DNA of 30,113 nucleotides, from positions 1-30,113 of IMG/VR virus record IMGVR_UViG_3300014885_000009; one strand, written 5' to 3'. Position numbers and translations under genes: made by a program. Each line of letters begins with the position of its first letter. The stretch's first letter is position 1. Origin of the DNA: a virus. Taxonomy: Duplodnaviria; Caudoviricetes. The notes beneath the pieces were generated by a model that had not been told where the DNA came from, did no database searches, and saw only the letters and a program-made list of their open reading frames with translations. Positions 15,331 to 24,747 of the stretch are shown one piece after another.

Positions 15331-15966
15331 ATGGAAAGCGTAGTCGAGACGAAGGTTTGCAGGAAGTGCGGGAATGAAAAGCCAATCAGCGAGTTTCGGA
15401 TTCACAAGGAGCGATACAAGGACAGGACGTATTTCTATCGCGAAAGTAACTGCGGAGACTGCGAGAGAGCGTACAGCCGACAGAACACAGCAAAGTACAA
15501 CGCCAAGAATAAAGAACTAATCTCGGCTAAATACAAAAATAAATACAGAACCAATCCGGCCTTCAGGGAGGCCATTAAAGAACGAGAGAAGATTCGATAC
15601 TTGAAACGAAAGGAGGCTATCCGGGAATACGGAAAGCAGTATCGGCAAAGCAACTCGGTTGTGATTGCAGCCAAGAAGCGAAAGTACCATCTGCTGAACA
15701 CGTATGGACTGACAGAAGAACGGTACATGGAAATGATCGCTGAGCAGGATGGCGTCTGTGCTATTTGCGAATGCGACATCGGCGATGGATTGTTCCACGT
15801 GGATCATTGCCATAGTACCGGAGCAGTGCGCGGGTTGCTGTGTTTTAGCTGCAACGCCGGCATTGGGCACCTGAAGGACGATGTAGATCGCTTGCTAAAA
15901 GCGGTCGGTTATTTAGAACAACACGCGAAAACAAATCACACGAATGAGCAAAAAACCTCCACTTAG
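15331..15966 (+). CDS. Endonuclease VII-family (His-Me finger) free-standing endonuclease
   Basis: YGLTEERY...QDGVCAIC...HVDHCHSTGAVRGLLCFSCNAGIG, with an N-terminal KVCRKC...CGDC module. AGGAG RBS lies 7 nt before ATG 15331. Visibly more AT-rich than its neighbours. Confidence 0.9.
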   Translation: MESVVETKVCRKCGNEKPISEFRIHKERYKDRTYFYRESNCGDCERAYSRQNTAKYNAKNKELISAKYKNKYRTNPAFREAIKEREKIRYLKRKEAIREYGKQYRQSNSVVIAAKKRKYHLLNTYGLTEERYMEMIAEQDGVCAICECDIGDGLFHVDHCHSTGAVRGLLCFSCNAGIGHLKDDVDRLLKAVGYLEQHAKTNHTNEQKTST

Positions 15967-17653
15967 GCTTTCGATTTTCATAGCCCATCCGTCCTATGGC
16001 GGAAACGGTGGCATCTCGTCGGAGCATCCAGACATCCGCGAGTGGGCCGTTGAAACCGCCTTGAAGATGCGGGCCGATCCGCGGGTCGAGTCGTTCTGTT
16101 CGGCGACGATTGCTGACACGCCCATCACGATGGTCAGGAATGAGTTTGTGCGACGTGCGCGAGAAGCCGGCTGTGACCTTTTGCTATTCGTGGACAGTGA
16201 CCAATCACCCAATCTGCACAAGAAAGAGAGGTGGTTCAAGCCATTCTGGGACGAAGCGTTCAACTTCATCTACGACCGCTACCAAAAAGGTCCGCACGTG
16301 GTCGTTGCGCCGTACTGCGGCCCGCCGAACGGGACCGAGAATGTATACGTGTTCAAAGCAGTAGGTCTGGGCAATCATGCCCAGGAAACGTCTTGGAAGC
16401 TCGATTCCTACAGCCGCGACGAAGCCGCGATGATGACCGGGATTCAGGAATGCGCTGCTGGTCCGACCGGCTTGAGCCTGTGGGATATACGGGCGTTCGA
16501 TCTGATTGAGCCGGTCCCTCTGAAAAAAGAGCAAATCATCGACAGGCTAATGACTGGGCAGATGACAAGGGATGAGACGCTACACGCGCTTCGTGACGGC
16601 TACTTCTACTATGAATGGAAGGACCAGCGGGCGGACCACAAAGACAGCACCGAAGACGTGACGGCCACGCGCGACATCGCCTTGGCCGGCTTGGCGAAAC
16701 TGGGCTACAACCCGCTGTACTGCGCGTGGGACTCGTGGATCGGGCATCACAAGCCTTGGAACGTCGGCAAGCCACAGCGGTACACGCTGCAAAACGTCAA
16801 CGCCTCCTACCGCAAGGCCGTGTTGGATAACGTCGATGGCCGCGAGCGAATCGTGGATTTGACTCCGCAAGGTGACGATCCGCTATCGAAGGAAATCCGC
16901 GCTTTGATGGCGGCGGTCGATTCTCAGTTTCCGGCAACCGCCGAGCGACTCAACGGCCATAAGGGCAACGGCTCTGTCGTTAAGCAAGAACACGGAAAGC
17001 TGATGCGGGAAACAAACGGACCTTGGTTCGTTCACGGAGGCGCACCGCCAGAGCAACTACTGGCCCTTCAAGATCAAGTGCGCTCTCACGGCCATTGCTT
17101 CAGGCGGCCTATGCGGATTCTGGAAGTCGGCACATGGCTCGGAGGAACTGCTATCGCGATGTCTGATGCGATGATCGGAACATGCGTGCATTGCGTCGAT
17201 ACGTGGGAAGGCTCACCGACAGATTGCACTGGCGAGTGCGCGAAAGAAGCGGGTGGGGCAGATGCGGTATTTGAAGAATTCAAGAAGCGTATCGGGCAAC
17301 GACTAGACAAGACGATCTTTCCGTGGCGCAAGCCGTCTCTGGAAGCCGCCGCTATGGAGTGGCAGCCGTTTGACATCATCTTCATCGACGCCGAACACAC
17401 CTACGAAGCCGCCAAGTCGGACATCCTGGCGTGGTGGAAGCATCTACGTGACGACGGCGTGATGGTTGGACACGATTACGAAACTAGCGGCTGCATGGGC
17501 GTGACCAAGGCCGTTAAGGAATTTTTCGGAGATTCCGTGGAGACGTTTGGTTGGGACGCTCAGGGCGCGATGTGGAAGGTTCGCAAGACCGACTACCCGA
17601 ATATGGATGCACTCGCTGAGGAGTATTTCCGTGACGCCGCGTCAGTTAGCTAA
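15944..17653 (+). CDS. GT-A (GT2-like) glycosyltransferase fused to a class I SAM methyltransferase (Methyltransf_24-like)
   Basis: The N-terminal half has RNEFV...LLFVDSD (DxD), TEDV and IGHHK. The C-terminal half has LEVGTWLGGT, CVDTW and DIIFIDAEHTYE...GHDY. Confidence 0.82.
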   Translation: MSKKPPLRLSIFIAHPSYGGNGGISSEHPDIREWAVETALKMRADPRVESFCSATIADTPITMVRNEFVRRAREAGCDLLLFVDSDQSPNLHKKERWFKPFWDEAFNFIYDRYQKGPHVVVAPYCGPPNGTENVYVFKAVGLGNHAQETSWKLDSYSRDEAAMMTGIQECAAGPTGLSLWDIRAFDLIEPVPLKKEQIIDRLMTGQMTRDETLHALRDGYFYYEWKDQRADHKDSTEDVTATRDIALAGLAKLGYNPLYCAWDSWIGHHKPWNVGKPQRYTLQNVNASYRKAVLDNVDGRERIVDLTPQGDDPLSKEIRALMAAVDSQFPATAERLNGHKGNGSVVKQEHGKLMRETNGPWFVHGGAPPEQLLALQDQVRSHGHCFRRPMRILEVGTWLGGTAIAMSDAMIGTCVHCVDTWEGSPTDCTGECAKEAGGADAVFEEFKKRIGQRLDKTIFPWRKPSLEAAAMEWQPFDIIFIDAEHTYEAAKSDILAWWKHLRDDGVMVGHDYETSGCMGVTKAVKEFFGDSVETFGWDAQGAMWKVRKTDYPNMDALAEEYFRDAASVS

Positions 17654-18215
17654 GACCCCGACCGGAATGAAAGTTTGCGGGAAGTGCCAACGGGAACTCC
17701 CCAAGAACACGGACTTTTTCGCTCGCGACAACGAGAAGGAGGACGGATTCAAAAGCTGGTGCAAGGTGTGCCGGAAAGAGAGTCGCGACTTAGCCAAGGC
17801 AAAAGAAGCCGCTGAGGTTTTGAAAACGCTCGATATGGGCATCTTGAGGAACTTGGCCGAAGCAAAGCCTGGAGGAACAACCGTTCCACACGTTGCCGAG
17901 ATTTACCAGAACGTGATGGCGCTGCTCGGCGGAGTTCAGGGGTTCTCAATGCACCTTGTTGCCAATTTGCACGCCGCCCCACCAGGAGGGCAAATCCGAC
18001 AAAGAATACTCCACGACGTTCTGAAGATGGGAGAGGCGGTATCGGACTCCAACAAAGTGTCGATGCCGGCAGAGCTAATGAGCGAAGACGATTTGGAAAC
18101 CGAAATCAAACGCCGCGAGGACCGGATGAAGATTGTGTCCGGCAAGTTCACTGAAGTAACTGACGATGAATCCGACCGACAACCCGAATCAGGACGTGAC
18201 GCGGTTGCTGGATAG
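17631..18215 (+). CDS. Probable terminase small subunit with an N-terminal Zn-finger
   Basis: Overlaps the TerL start. GTG 17631 has a GAGGAG RBS (alternative ATG 17667). KVCGKC...WCKVC is followed by a helical body ending MSEDDLETEI. Confidence 0.55.
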   Translation: MTPRQLAKTPTGMKVCGKCQRELPKNTDFFARDNEKEDGFKSWCKVCRKESRDLAKAKEAAEVLKTLDMGILRNLAEAKPGGTTVPHVAEIYQNVMALLGGVQGFSMHLVANLHAAPPGGQIRQRILHDVLKMGEAVSDSNKVSMPAELMSEDDLETEIKRREDRMKIVSGKFTEVTDDESDRQPESGRDAVAG

Positions 18216-19968
18216 CGCCAGCGGCAAGGTCACAGACTGGGAGAAGAAACAGCATCGCAGGCTGGTAGCGGAGAAGCTGCGCCGCGAGTGCGAGGCGTTG
18301 CGGGTGTACGAACCTCTCGACTTCCAAGAGGAGTTCCACCGCTGCACTGCACAGCAAGCCCTGATTCAGAAAGGGAACCGGACTGGTGGATCGACCGCCT
18401 TGATGGTGGAAGTGGCCCGCGCGTTCACTGACCAAGATCCGCATAACAAGTATCCCAAGCGCGGCGGGCGGATTGTATTGCTTGGCTACGGCGAGAAGCA
18501 CATCGGCCGCGTGTTCTACGACAAGTTGTTCCGGGCCGGGGCGTTCAAAATCATCCGCGATAAGGACACCGGCAAGTGGCGTGTCTATCGCCCGTGGGCA
18601 GATTCAGATCGGGAATCGGAATCCAAGCCTGCCCCGCCGCTGATTCCGCAGCGGTTCATCGAAGGCAAGATTTCGTGGGAGAAGCGCTCAGAGCGCGTGT
18701 TCTCGGTCGTCCGCTCCACGGTGGACTGGGAAATCTACGCCACCAACAGCGCCGGCGATCCAGGCCAAGCGCAGGGCTTCAGCGTCAACCTGTACGGCAT
18801 CGACGAAGACCTGGCGACCAGCGGGTGGTACGAAGAAGCCGTTGGTCGTATCGCGGACTGCGGCGGGTTTATTCGCTGGTCAGCTTTGCCGCACGCCAAG
18901 AACGATGACCTGATGCAACTCGTATCTCTGGCCGAAAAAGAAGCTGAAAAACCAGAACCAACGGCAGTCATCATTCGGTCGTCGATCTTCGACAACAAAT
19001 ATCTGCCACGGCAATCGGTTGAAAACTCGGTGACGGCTTGGAAGTCTCAGGGCGACGACATTTACCGCAAGCGGGCGCTGGGTGAAATCAACATCAACTC
19101 CACGCTCATGTATCCATCGTTCAGCAAGAACGTGCATGACGTGATGACCAGCCCCACGCTTGTCGAGGATCAACAATACCTGGCCGCCAACAACGGCAAG
19201 ATTCCAGACGACTGGACAGCGCCCAGAATTCTCGCCGCCAGAATGGGTGAGCCGCCCGACGACTGGACCCGGTACGTCAGCATCGACCCTGGCTCAACTG
19301 TCCTGGCGATTGAATTCCTGGCAGTACCACCGGAGCAACTTGGCGACCAGATTTTCCTCTACGACGAATCGTATATCCGTGACCCGTCAGTTCCGACAGA
19401 GGCATTCGGAGATGCGATGCAAATGAAATGCTCGGACAGGGTAATCCAGGCGTTCATTTTCGATATGCACGGCGGGAGGCTCCGCAGCATCGCTACTGGC
19501 CAACAGCCGGTGACTCAGTACCAAAGCGCCTTGGAAGTTCGCGGCGTCAAGTCTGTGGCAACCGGCCACGGTTTTCGTCACGCCTTTGACGACCGCAAAC
19601 AACGAGAAGAAGACATGCGTTCTGCGCTGGCCATTCGTCGTGACGGTCAGCCAAGGCTGATGATCGTGGCTGGCAAGTGCCCCAGCTTCGTGTGGGAGAT
19701 GGAGCGTTTCAAGAAGAAGGTCGTCAAGCAGTGGGGCAAAGAGGTTCCCATTGACGAAGGCGACCGGCGCGTAGGAACGCACGCCATCGACGCCATAGAA
19801 GGTGCTATCGCACTGGACCTCCCATATATCAAGCCACGCAAGCAATCTCTGGTGGCTGAATACATCAACCACTTCAAGTCGTGGGGTGATCGAATGCGTC
19901 GCCGAGAAAATGGCCAAGCCGGCGAATCGCAACACATTTCACTTGGCCCTATTGGAGTTGAATCGTGA
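18166..19968 (+). CDS. terL: Terminase large subunit
   Basis: Q-motif (FQEEFH), P-loop KGNRTGGST, Walker B YGIDED, motif III SALP, nuclease SIDPG and C-terminal HAIDA. Confidence 0.9.
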   Translation: MNPTDNPNQDVTRLLDSASGKVTDWEKKQHRRLVAEKLRRECEALRVYEPLDFQEEFHRCTAQQALIQKGNRTGGSTALMVEVARAFTDQDPHNKYPKRGGRIVLLGYGEKHIGRVFYDKLFRAGAFKIIRDKDTGKWRVYRPWADSDRESESKPAPPLIPQRFIEGKISWEKRSERVFSVVRSTVDWEIYATNSAGDPGQAQGFSVNLYGIDEDLATSGWYEEAVGRIADCGGFIRWSALPHAKNDDLMQLVSLAEKEAEKPEPTAVIIRSSIFDNKYLPRQSVENSVTAWKSQGDDIYRKRALGEININSTLMYPSFSKNVHDVMTSPTLVEDQQYLAANNGKIPDDWTAPRILAARMGEPPDDWTRYVSIDPGSTVLAIEFLAVPPEQLGDQIFLYDESYIRDPSVPTEAFGDAMQMKCSDRVIQAFIFDMHGGRLRSIATGQQPVTQYQSALEVRGVKSVATGHGFRHAFDDRKQREEDMRSALAIRRDGQPRLMIVAGKCPSFVWEMERFKKKVVKQWGKEVPIDEGDRRVGTHAIDAIEGAIALDLPYIKPRKQSLVAEYINHFKSWGDRMRRRENGQAGESQHISLGPIGVES

Positions 19969-20396
19969 CCGCTACCGCCGAAATGCCAGTCAGCCCCGTG
20001 ACCAACGTATCCAAGCTGACGGTCAAAGAACAAGCCGAAGCCGATCTGCGAACCAGAGCCGAGGCATACGTGATGCCCAAGCCGCAGAAGGGTTCTGCTG
20101 TGCTGTGGTATCCACACGCCAGCAAGACCGATAGCCCCGAAGTCGGCTTCGTCTGGAAAGCCGGGCATCGCAACATCGTCGTGCAACTGATCGCCGGAAC
20201 CGTCAAGGAAACCGTGCGGCATATCGACGACCCCAAGCTGCAAATGGGAACGTCGCAGCGCGAGAACGGGGCGTGGGATTTCACCGACAAAGACAAGGCC
20301 GACATCAAACGTGACGAGAAGTTGGCGGCCCTCGAAGCCAAGTTCACCGAATTGGAAGACCTCGTTTCCGGTGGGAAGAAAAAGAAGCCTGAGTAA
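19965..20396 (+). CDS. Hypothetical protein, 143 aa
   Basis: GTGA overlap with terL, GGAG RBS, and a stop that overlaps the portal start. Confidence 0.75.
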   Translation: MTATAEMPVSPVTNVSKLTVKEQAEADLRTRAEAYVMPKPQKGSAVLWYPHASKTDSPEVGFVWKAGHRNIVVQLIAGTVKETVRHIDDPKLQMGTSQRENGAWDFTDKDKADIKRDEKLAALEAKFTELEDLVSGGKKKKPE

Positions 20397-22537
20397 TGCC
20401 CAAGAACGCTGACCTAACATCGCATCCGATGCGCTCGATTTGTGACGCCTGGCTGGCGAAAATCCAGCTTGCGCTCAAGGTCCGCCACGAGAAGTTCGGC
20501 AGCAGCGCTGAAGAATGCTCGCGGTTCTACGACGGCAATACCAACTGGATGTGGGACGACAAATACTCCCGCGGAACCAGCGGGTTTCTCGACAAAGAAG
20601 GCGGCGTGCTGCCGACGTTCCGTGTCACGATCAACAACGTGTTCAAGGCCGTCGCCCTGTTCGGGCCGGCGCTGTACCACCAGAATCCGACCGTGCTGGT
20701 GTCGCCGCTGCCACGCGACCAGTACCCACCGGAAGCATTGGGCATCGACCCCAACGATCCTTACGGAATGCAGCAATACGAACTGCTGGCAATGGAAGAG
20801 GATCGGGACTGGAAAACGCAAGAAGCCTGCGCCTCAGTCAAGAGCCGCTACATCAACTGGATACAGCAAGAGACGGACAAGAAAACTCACGCCCGCCGGG
20901 CCATCACGGAAGCCATCGTCGCTGGTGTCGGCTATCTGGAAACTACTGTCTTCCAGCCGCCGGCCAGTCAGATCGTCATGCCCCGCTCGACCTACCTCTC
21001 CTGGTGGGACGTGGCACTCGATCCCGACGCGGACTACTACGAGGACTTGCAGTGCATCTACATCCGCCGTGTGCAGCCGGTGAACCTTGCCGAGAGACGG
21101 TTTGGTTTGGAGCCGGGCGACCTCAAGGGTCACATGCAATCGTTCGAGGCGCAGGCCAGCCCGTCCGCCAAGAAGGAGGCCAGGCAAAACCGCAACGGCC
21201 GGACGTTCGACCTGATTGAATACTGGGAAGTGTTTTCCAAGAACGGGTTTGGCGACAAGCTGCATGACGAAACCAAGAAAGAACACGACTTCGATTACTC
21301 ATCGCTGGGCGATTACTGCTGGATTGTCGTGGCGAAAGGAATTCCCTATCCGCTCAACTGCCCAACTAGCGTGCTGGCAGAGAACGATGCTGAGGCCATG
21401 AAGGCGATGGTGCAGTGGCCCGTTCCATATTGGAACGACCAAGGCGGCTGGCCTATCTCGCGGCTGACGTTCTACGAGAACCCGAAGTCGGTATGGCCGG
21501 TGAGCTTGTTCAAGCCTGCCATCGGTGAGATGCGGTTTGTCAACTGGTGCATGTCGTTCCTGGCAGACAAGGTGGCGTCGAGTTGCACGACCTACGTGGG
21601 CATCCTCAAGGCCGCTGGCGCACAGATTCAGAAACAGATTTCCGGCACCAGCACGCCGTTCACCGTTGTCGAAATTGCCGAAGCGCTGGGAATTAAGAGC
21701 ATCAACGAGGCGATTTCCTTCATCCAAGCCCCTAATTTCCCCGGTGACATTTGGAAGATGTTGGCGGAAGTCGGTCAGGAGATTGACGAAAAAACAGGCG
21801 TCACCGAACTGCTGCAAGGCTTGACCAGCCACGCGATGCGCAGCGCCGCTGAAGCCAACATGAAAAACGAGCGGGTGTCCGTGCGACCCGATGACATGGC
21901 ATCCCGCACCGAAGATTTCCTGAGCGAAGTGGCGGTGCGTGAGATTCAGGCTGCCCGCTGGTTCTGCGAGGTCAATGACGTAGCACCGTGCGTTGGCCGG
22001 ATGGGTTCGATCATCTGGCAGAACTATGTGCTCTCTCAAGACCCGGACGAAGTGGTGCGCGGCTTCACCTATCGTGTGGAAGCCGGTTCGACTCGCAAGC
22101 CGAACAAGCAAACCAAGATTGCCCAACTCACGGAGCTGATGCAGTACATGCCCACGGCGTTCCAGACGTTCATTAGTACAGGGGAAGTCGGGCCGTACAA
22201 CGCCCTGATGACGGAATACTGCAAGGCCAATGATATGGACCCGCAGCCGTTTCTCGTTCAACCGCCGCAACAGGAAGGCCCGTCGCCAGAGCAGCAAGAA
22301 CTGCAAGCGGAAATGGAGTTCAAGATCGCTGAGCTTCAGTTGAAGGTTCAGGAAATGGAAGCCCGGCTCGGCATGGAAGCCAGGGCGCAGGATCAGGAAT
22401 TGGAGCACGAACGAGAGATGCACAAGCTCGACATGACCGCCAAGCGGGAAATGTTGACGCTCAAGAAGCGGGAATCAAAGGCCAAGCAGCAGGCCACTAA
22501 ATCCAACGGTAAAGCCAAAGCAGGAGCAAAGCGATGA
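20396..22537 (+). CDS. Portal protein (P22-like, with C-terminal coiled-coil)
   Basis: 713 aa downstream of terL. Contains FYDG, TINNV, LDPDA, TGVTELLQG, SAAEA and VEAGST, and ends in a long E/Q/K helix. Confidence 0.85.
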   Translation: MPKNADLTSHPMRSICDAWLAKIQLALKVRHEKFGSSAEECSRFYDGNTNWMWDDKYSRGTSGFLDKEGGVLPTFRVTINNVFKAVALFGPALYHQNPTVLVSPLPRDQYPPEALGIDPNDPYGMQQYELLAMEEDRDWKTQEACASVKSRYINWIQQETDKKTHARRAITEAIVAGVGYLETTVFQPPASQIVMPRSTYLSWWDVALDPDADYYEDLQCIYIRRVQPVNLAERRFGLEPGDLKGHMQSFEAQASPSAKKEARQNRNGRTFDLIEYWEVFSKNGFGDKLHDETKKEHDFDYSSLGDYCWIVVAKGIPYPLNCPTSVLAENDAEAMKAMVQWPVPYWNDQGGWPISRLTFYENPKSVWPVSLFKPAIGEMRFVNWCMSFLADKVASSCTTYVGILKAAGAQIQKQISGTSTPFTVVEIAEALGIKSINEAISFIQAPNFPGDIWKMLAEVGQEIDEKTGVTELLQGLTSHAMRSAAEANMKNERVSVRPDDMASRTEDFLSEVAVREIQAARWFCEVNDVAPCVGRMGSIIWQNYVLSQDPDEVVRGFTYRVEAGSTRKPNKQTKIAQLTELMQYMPTAFQTFISTGEVGPYNALMTEYCKANDMDPQPFLVQPPQQEGPSPEQQELQAEMEFKIAELQLKVQEMEARLGMEARAQDQELEHEREMHKLDMTAKREMLTLKKRESKAKQQATKSNGKAKAGAKR

Positions 22538-22809
22538 CCGCAGAAGAACTAAAACGTGACTTGGAAGTGTCTGCCAAGTACATCTTAGACTCGATAGACC
22601 GGATTCCAACCATCATGGCTGCCGGCGAGTTCTCGCCCGTGCGGAAGGTCGCGACGGCGATTCTGGAGTTCTCGCTGTGGATCGACACGCTACCAGTGCC
22701 TCCAGAGCCATCGCACGCTGAGGCGCTGGTTGACGAGAAGCCAGAGAAGCGTCCGCACGCCATACACCAGCCTCAAAAGCACAAAGGAGCGAAGCACGAT
22801 GACTCCTGA
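22534..22809 (+). CDS. Hypothetical protein, 91 aa
   Basis: ATGA overlap with the portal gene and an AGGAG RBS. Confidence 0.65.
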   Translation: MTAEELKRDLEVSAKYILDSIDRIPTIMAAGEFSPVRKVATAILEFSLWIDTLPVPPEPSHAEALVDEKPEKRPHAIHQPQKHKGAKHDDS

Positions 22810-23179
22810 AGAAAAAGCCGCCGCCGATAAAGCCAAGTCCGATGCCGAACGCCAGGCGCTCAACGACGCCCTCAACGTCGATTGGGACACGTTGGAGGGA
22901 AAGTTGAACACCAAAGTCAAGGTGTTTCTGGAACACTTGGGACGCCACGTAAAGAACGGAAACGCCGAATCAACGGCAGAGGTCACGGTCAACGACAAGC
23001 CGTACTACTTCACACTGTCGATGCGGGCTAAGGCACCGCCTGAGCTAAAGAGGTTTCCCCGGTTCGTGATGTGGCAAGGCAATAAAGTCTCCTTTGCCTT
23101 CACCGAACTAGAGCGTTCGACATTCCTCGACGCCAATCCGACCTACCAGTACGCGCAGATTCCGCAGGAGCAACCGTGA
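22799..23179 (+). CDS. Hypothetical protein, 126 aa
   Basis: Start moved to ATG 22799 (AAGGAG RBS). Confidence 0.7.
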   Translation: MTPEEKAAADKAKSDAERQALNDALNVDWDTLEGKLNTKVKVFLEHLGRHVKNGNAESTAEVTVNDKPYYFTLSMRAKAPPELKRFPRFVMWQGNKVSFAFTELERSTFLDANPTYQYAQIPQEQP

Positions 23180-23784
23180 GCGGCATTTCCAGAGAAGTCC
23201 GATTAGAGCAACTGCAAGCCGACGCCGATGCGTGCGGTCCCGCTGCTCGTGCGCTGTTCGACCGCCTGATTGCGGAAGGGAAGACGCCCGAAGCCGCCGC
23301 CATGTACGCCTGCCAGCAAGCGCCGGGAGCCAGAAACACCGACCGGGCGTTCTGCCAGGGGGCGCATCGCCAGATGGAATCCATGACTCCGATCAACCGC
23401 GATGCCATTCAGCGGATTGCCAAGCGGGCCGGAATTGCCACGCAAGGCAAGTTCTACAAAGGTTCGCTCGGACGCTACGACGATCCGGCAGCCTGGGTGA
23501 GTTGCGCCCAAGACGTTGTGACCGCCGCCAAAGCCAAGCGACTCGACATCGACGGCGTGGTGAAATGCAACGGCGTGATCCGCGACGACCTCCCGCCACC
23601 GCCAAGTACGCCGCTGGCCCCTGACCTCGTGCAGAGCCTAGCGGCGGATTACATCACCAGCGACCCTGCTCTGGCGGAGAAGTGCCGCAAGAGCAAGCAC
23701 GCTCGGATGGAACTGAGGGAGCGAATCATTGAAACGCATGGCCGCAAAAAGCGCGTCAAGAAACCTAATCGTCTGGTGAAATAG
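23176..23784 (+). CDS. Hypothetical phage protein, 202 aa
   Basis: GTGA overlap and an AGGAG RBS. Confidence 0.75.
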   Translation: MSGISREVRLEQLQADADACGPAARALFDRLIAEGKTPEAAAMYACQQAPGARNTDRAFCQGAHRQMESMTPINRDAIQRIAKRAGIATQGKFYKGSLGRYDDPAAWVSCAQDVVTAAKAKRLDIDGVVKCNGVIRDDLPPPPSTPLAPDLVQSLAADYITSDPALAEKCRKSKHARMELRERIIETHGRKKRVKKPNRLVK

Positions 23785-24601
23785 TTTCCACAATCACAGG
23801 AATAGCATCGGCAGGAATTGGACAAGCCTCATGCGAACCGTTGGGAAGCACAAAGTTGTTTTCGGCAGCGCGGCACCACTTGGCGAAAGTGGGGATTGTC
23901 CAGCGCTTGCCTTTCGTCGCGCCAGTAATCTGCTTGAGTCCGATGCTGTTGCAGTATTGGGATGCCTGGGTGTAGCTGAGTTGCCCTTGACGCATGATAC
24001 CGGCAAGTTCGCGAGCGAGGCGGCGCGACAACTGATCCTCGACGAAATAGCGCTGGGGGCCGGTAATTCCAGGGACACTGGCAACTACGATCTTCCAGCC
24101 AACGGGGGGCTTGCTCCAGGGGCGACCCAGACGTTTACGGTGGGCCTTGCTTTCGCGCGTTCTGCGGCGGATGTCCAGAACCTCCAGTCGCTTGAGCTGG
24201 GCCATGATGACAAAGAATGTCTCGCCCATCGGCGTAGTGGTATCGAGCTGCATCCCGCCGAAGTCGAGAATCCAGAGATTGATCTTGTGTTGATGAATGT
24301 AGTCCATCGTGTCCACGGCGTCTCGCACTCCAGCGATCAGTCGGTCGAAGTTAGAGACGGCAATCACGTCTCCCGGCTTGCACGCAGCGAGAATGAGGCT
24401 GCCGCAATGTCTTTCCCTGAAGCAACTCTCCCTCCCAGTAGCTTCGTCTGCAAGCCACCCGCCCCACTCAGCGTCACGCCACAGCGGGTCGTTTGCCTTT
24501 CTGAGCGCGAAAGCGTCTGTGACCTTAGCGTGCTGCTGGTCGGTCGAGAGGACTTGGTGGCTCTTGGAGGCCCGCCCGTAACCGTAAACGGTAACTGCCA
24601 T
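23765..24601 (-). CDS. Serine recombinase (resolvase/invertase family)
   Basis: VYGYGRAS (catalytic Ser), GDVIAVSNFDRL, DTTTPMGETFF...E...IRRRTRE and PPVGW. GGGAG RBS. Confidence 0.88.
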   Translation of the reverse strand: MAVTVYGYGRASKSHQVLSTDQQHAKVTDAFALRKANDPLWRDAEWGGWLADEATGRESCFRERHCGSLILAACKPGDVIAVSNFDRLIAGVRDAVDTMDYIHQHKINLWILDFGGMQLDTTTPMGETFFVIMAQLKRLEVLDIRRRTRESKAHRKRLGRPWSKPPVGWKIVVASVPGITGPQRYFVEDQLSRRLARELAGIMRQGQLSYTQASQYCNSIGLKQITGATKGKRWTIPTFAKWCRAAENNFVLPNGSHEACPIPADAIPVIVETISPDD

Positions 24602-24747
24602 TTCATTACTCCCTGCCTAGAGGAAATTGGAAATGGGACTGGGCCGATACCGTCCAGCGGTGCCAACAGGCAGAAGAGCGCCGAAAGACAGGATCATTTA
24701 TGACGTGGATCAGACGCCAACCCAATCCCTGCCGAACATTGTAAGCC

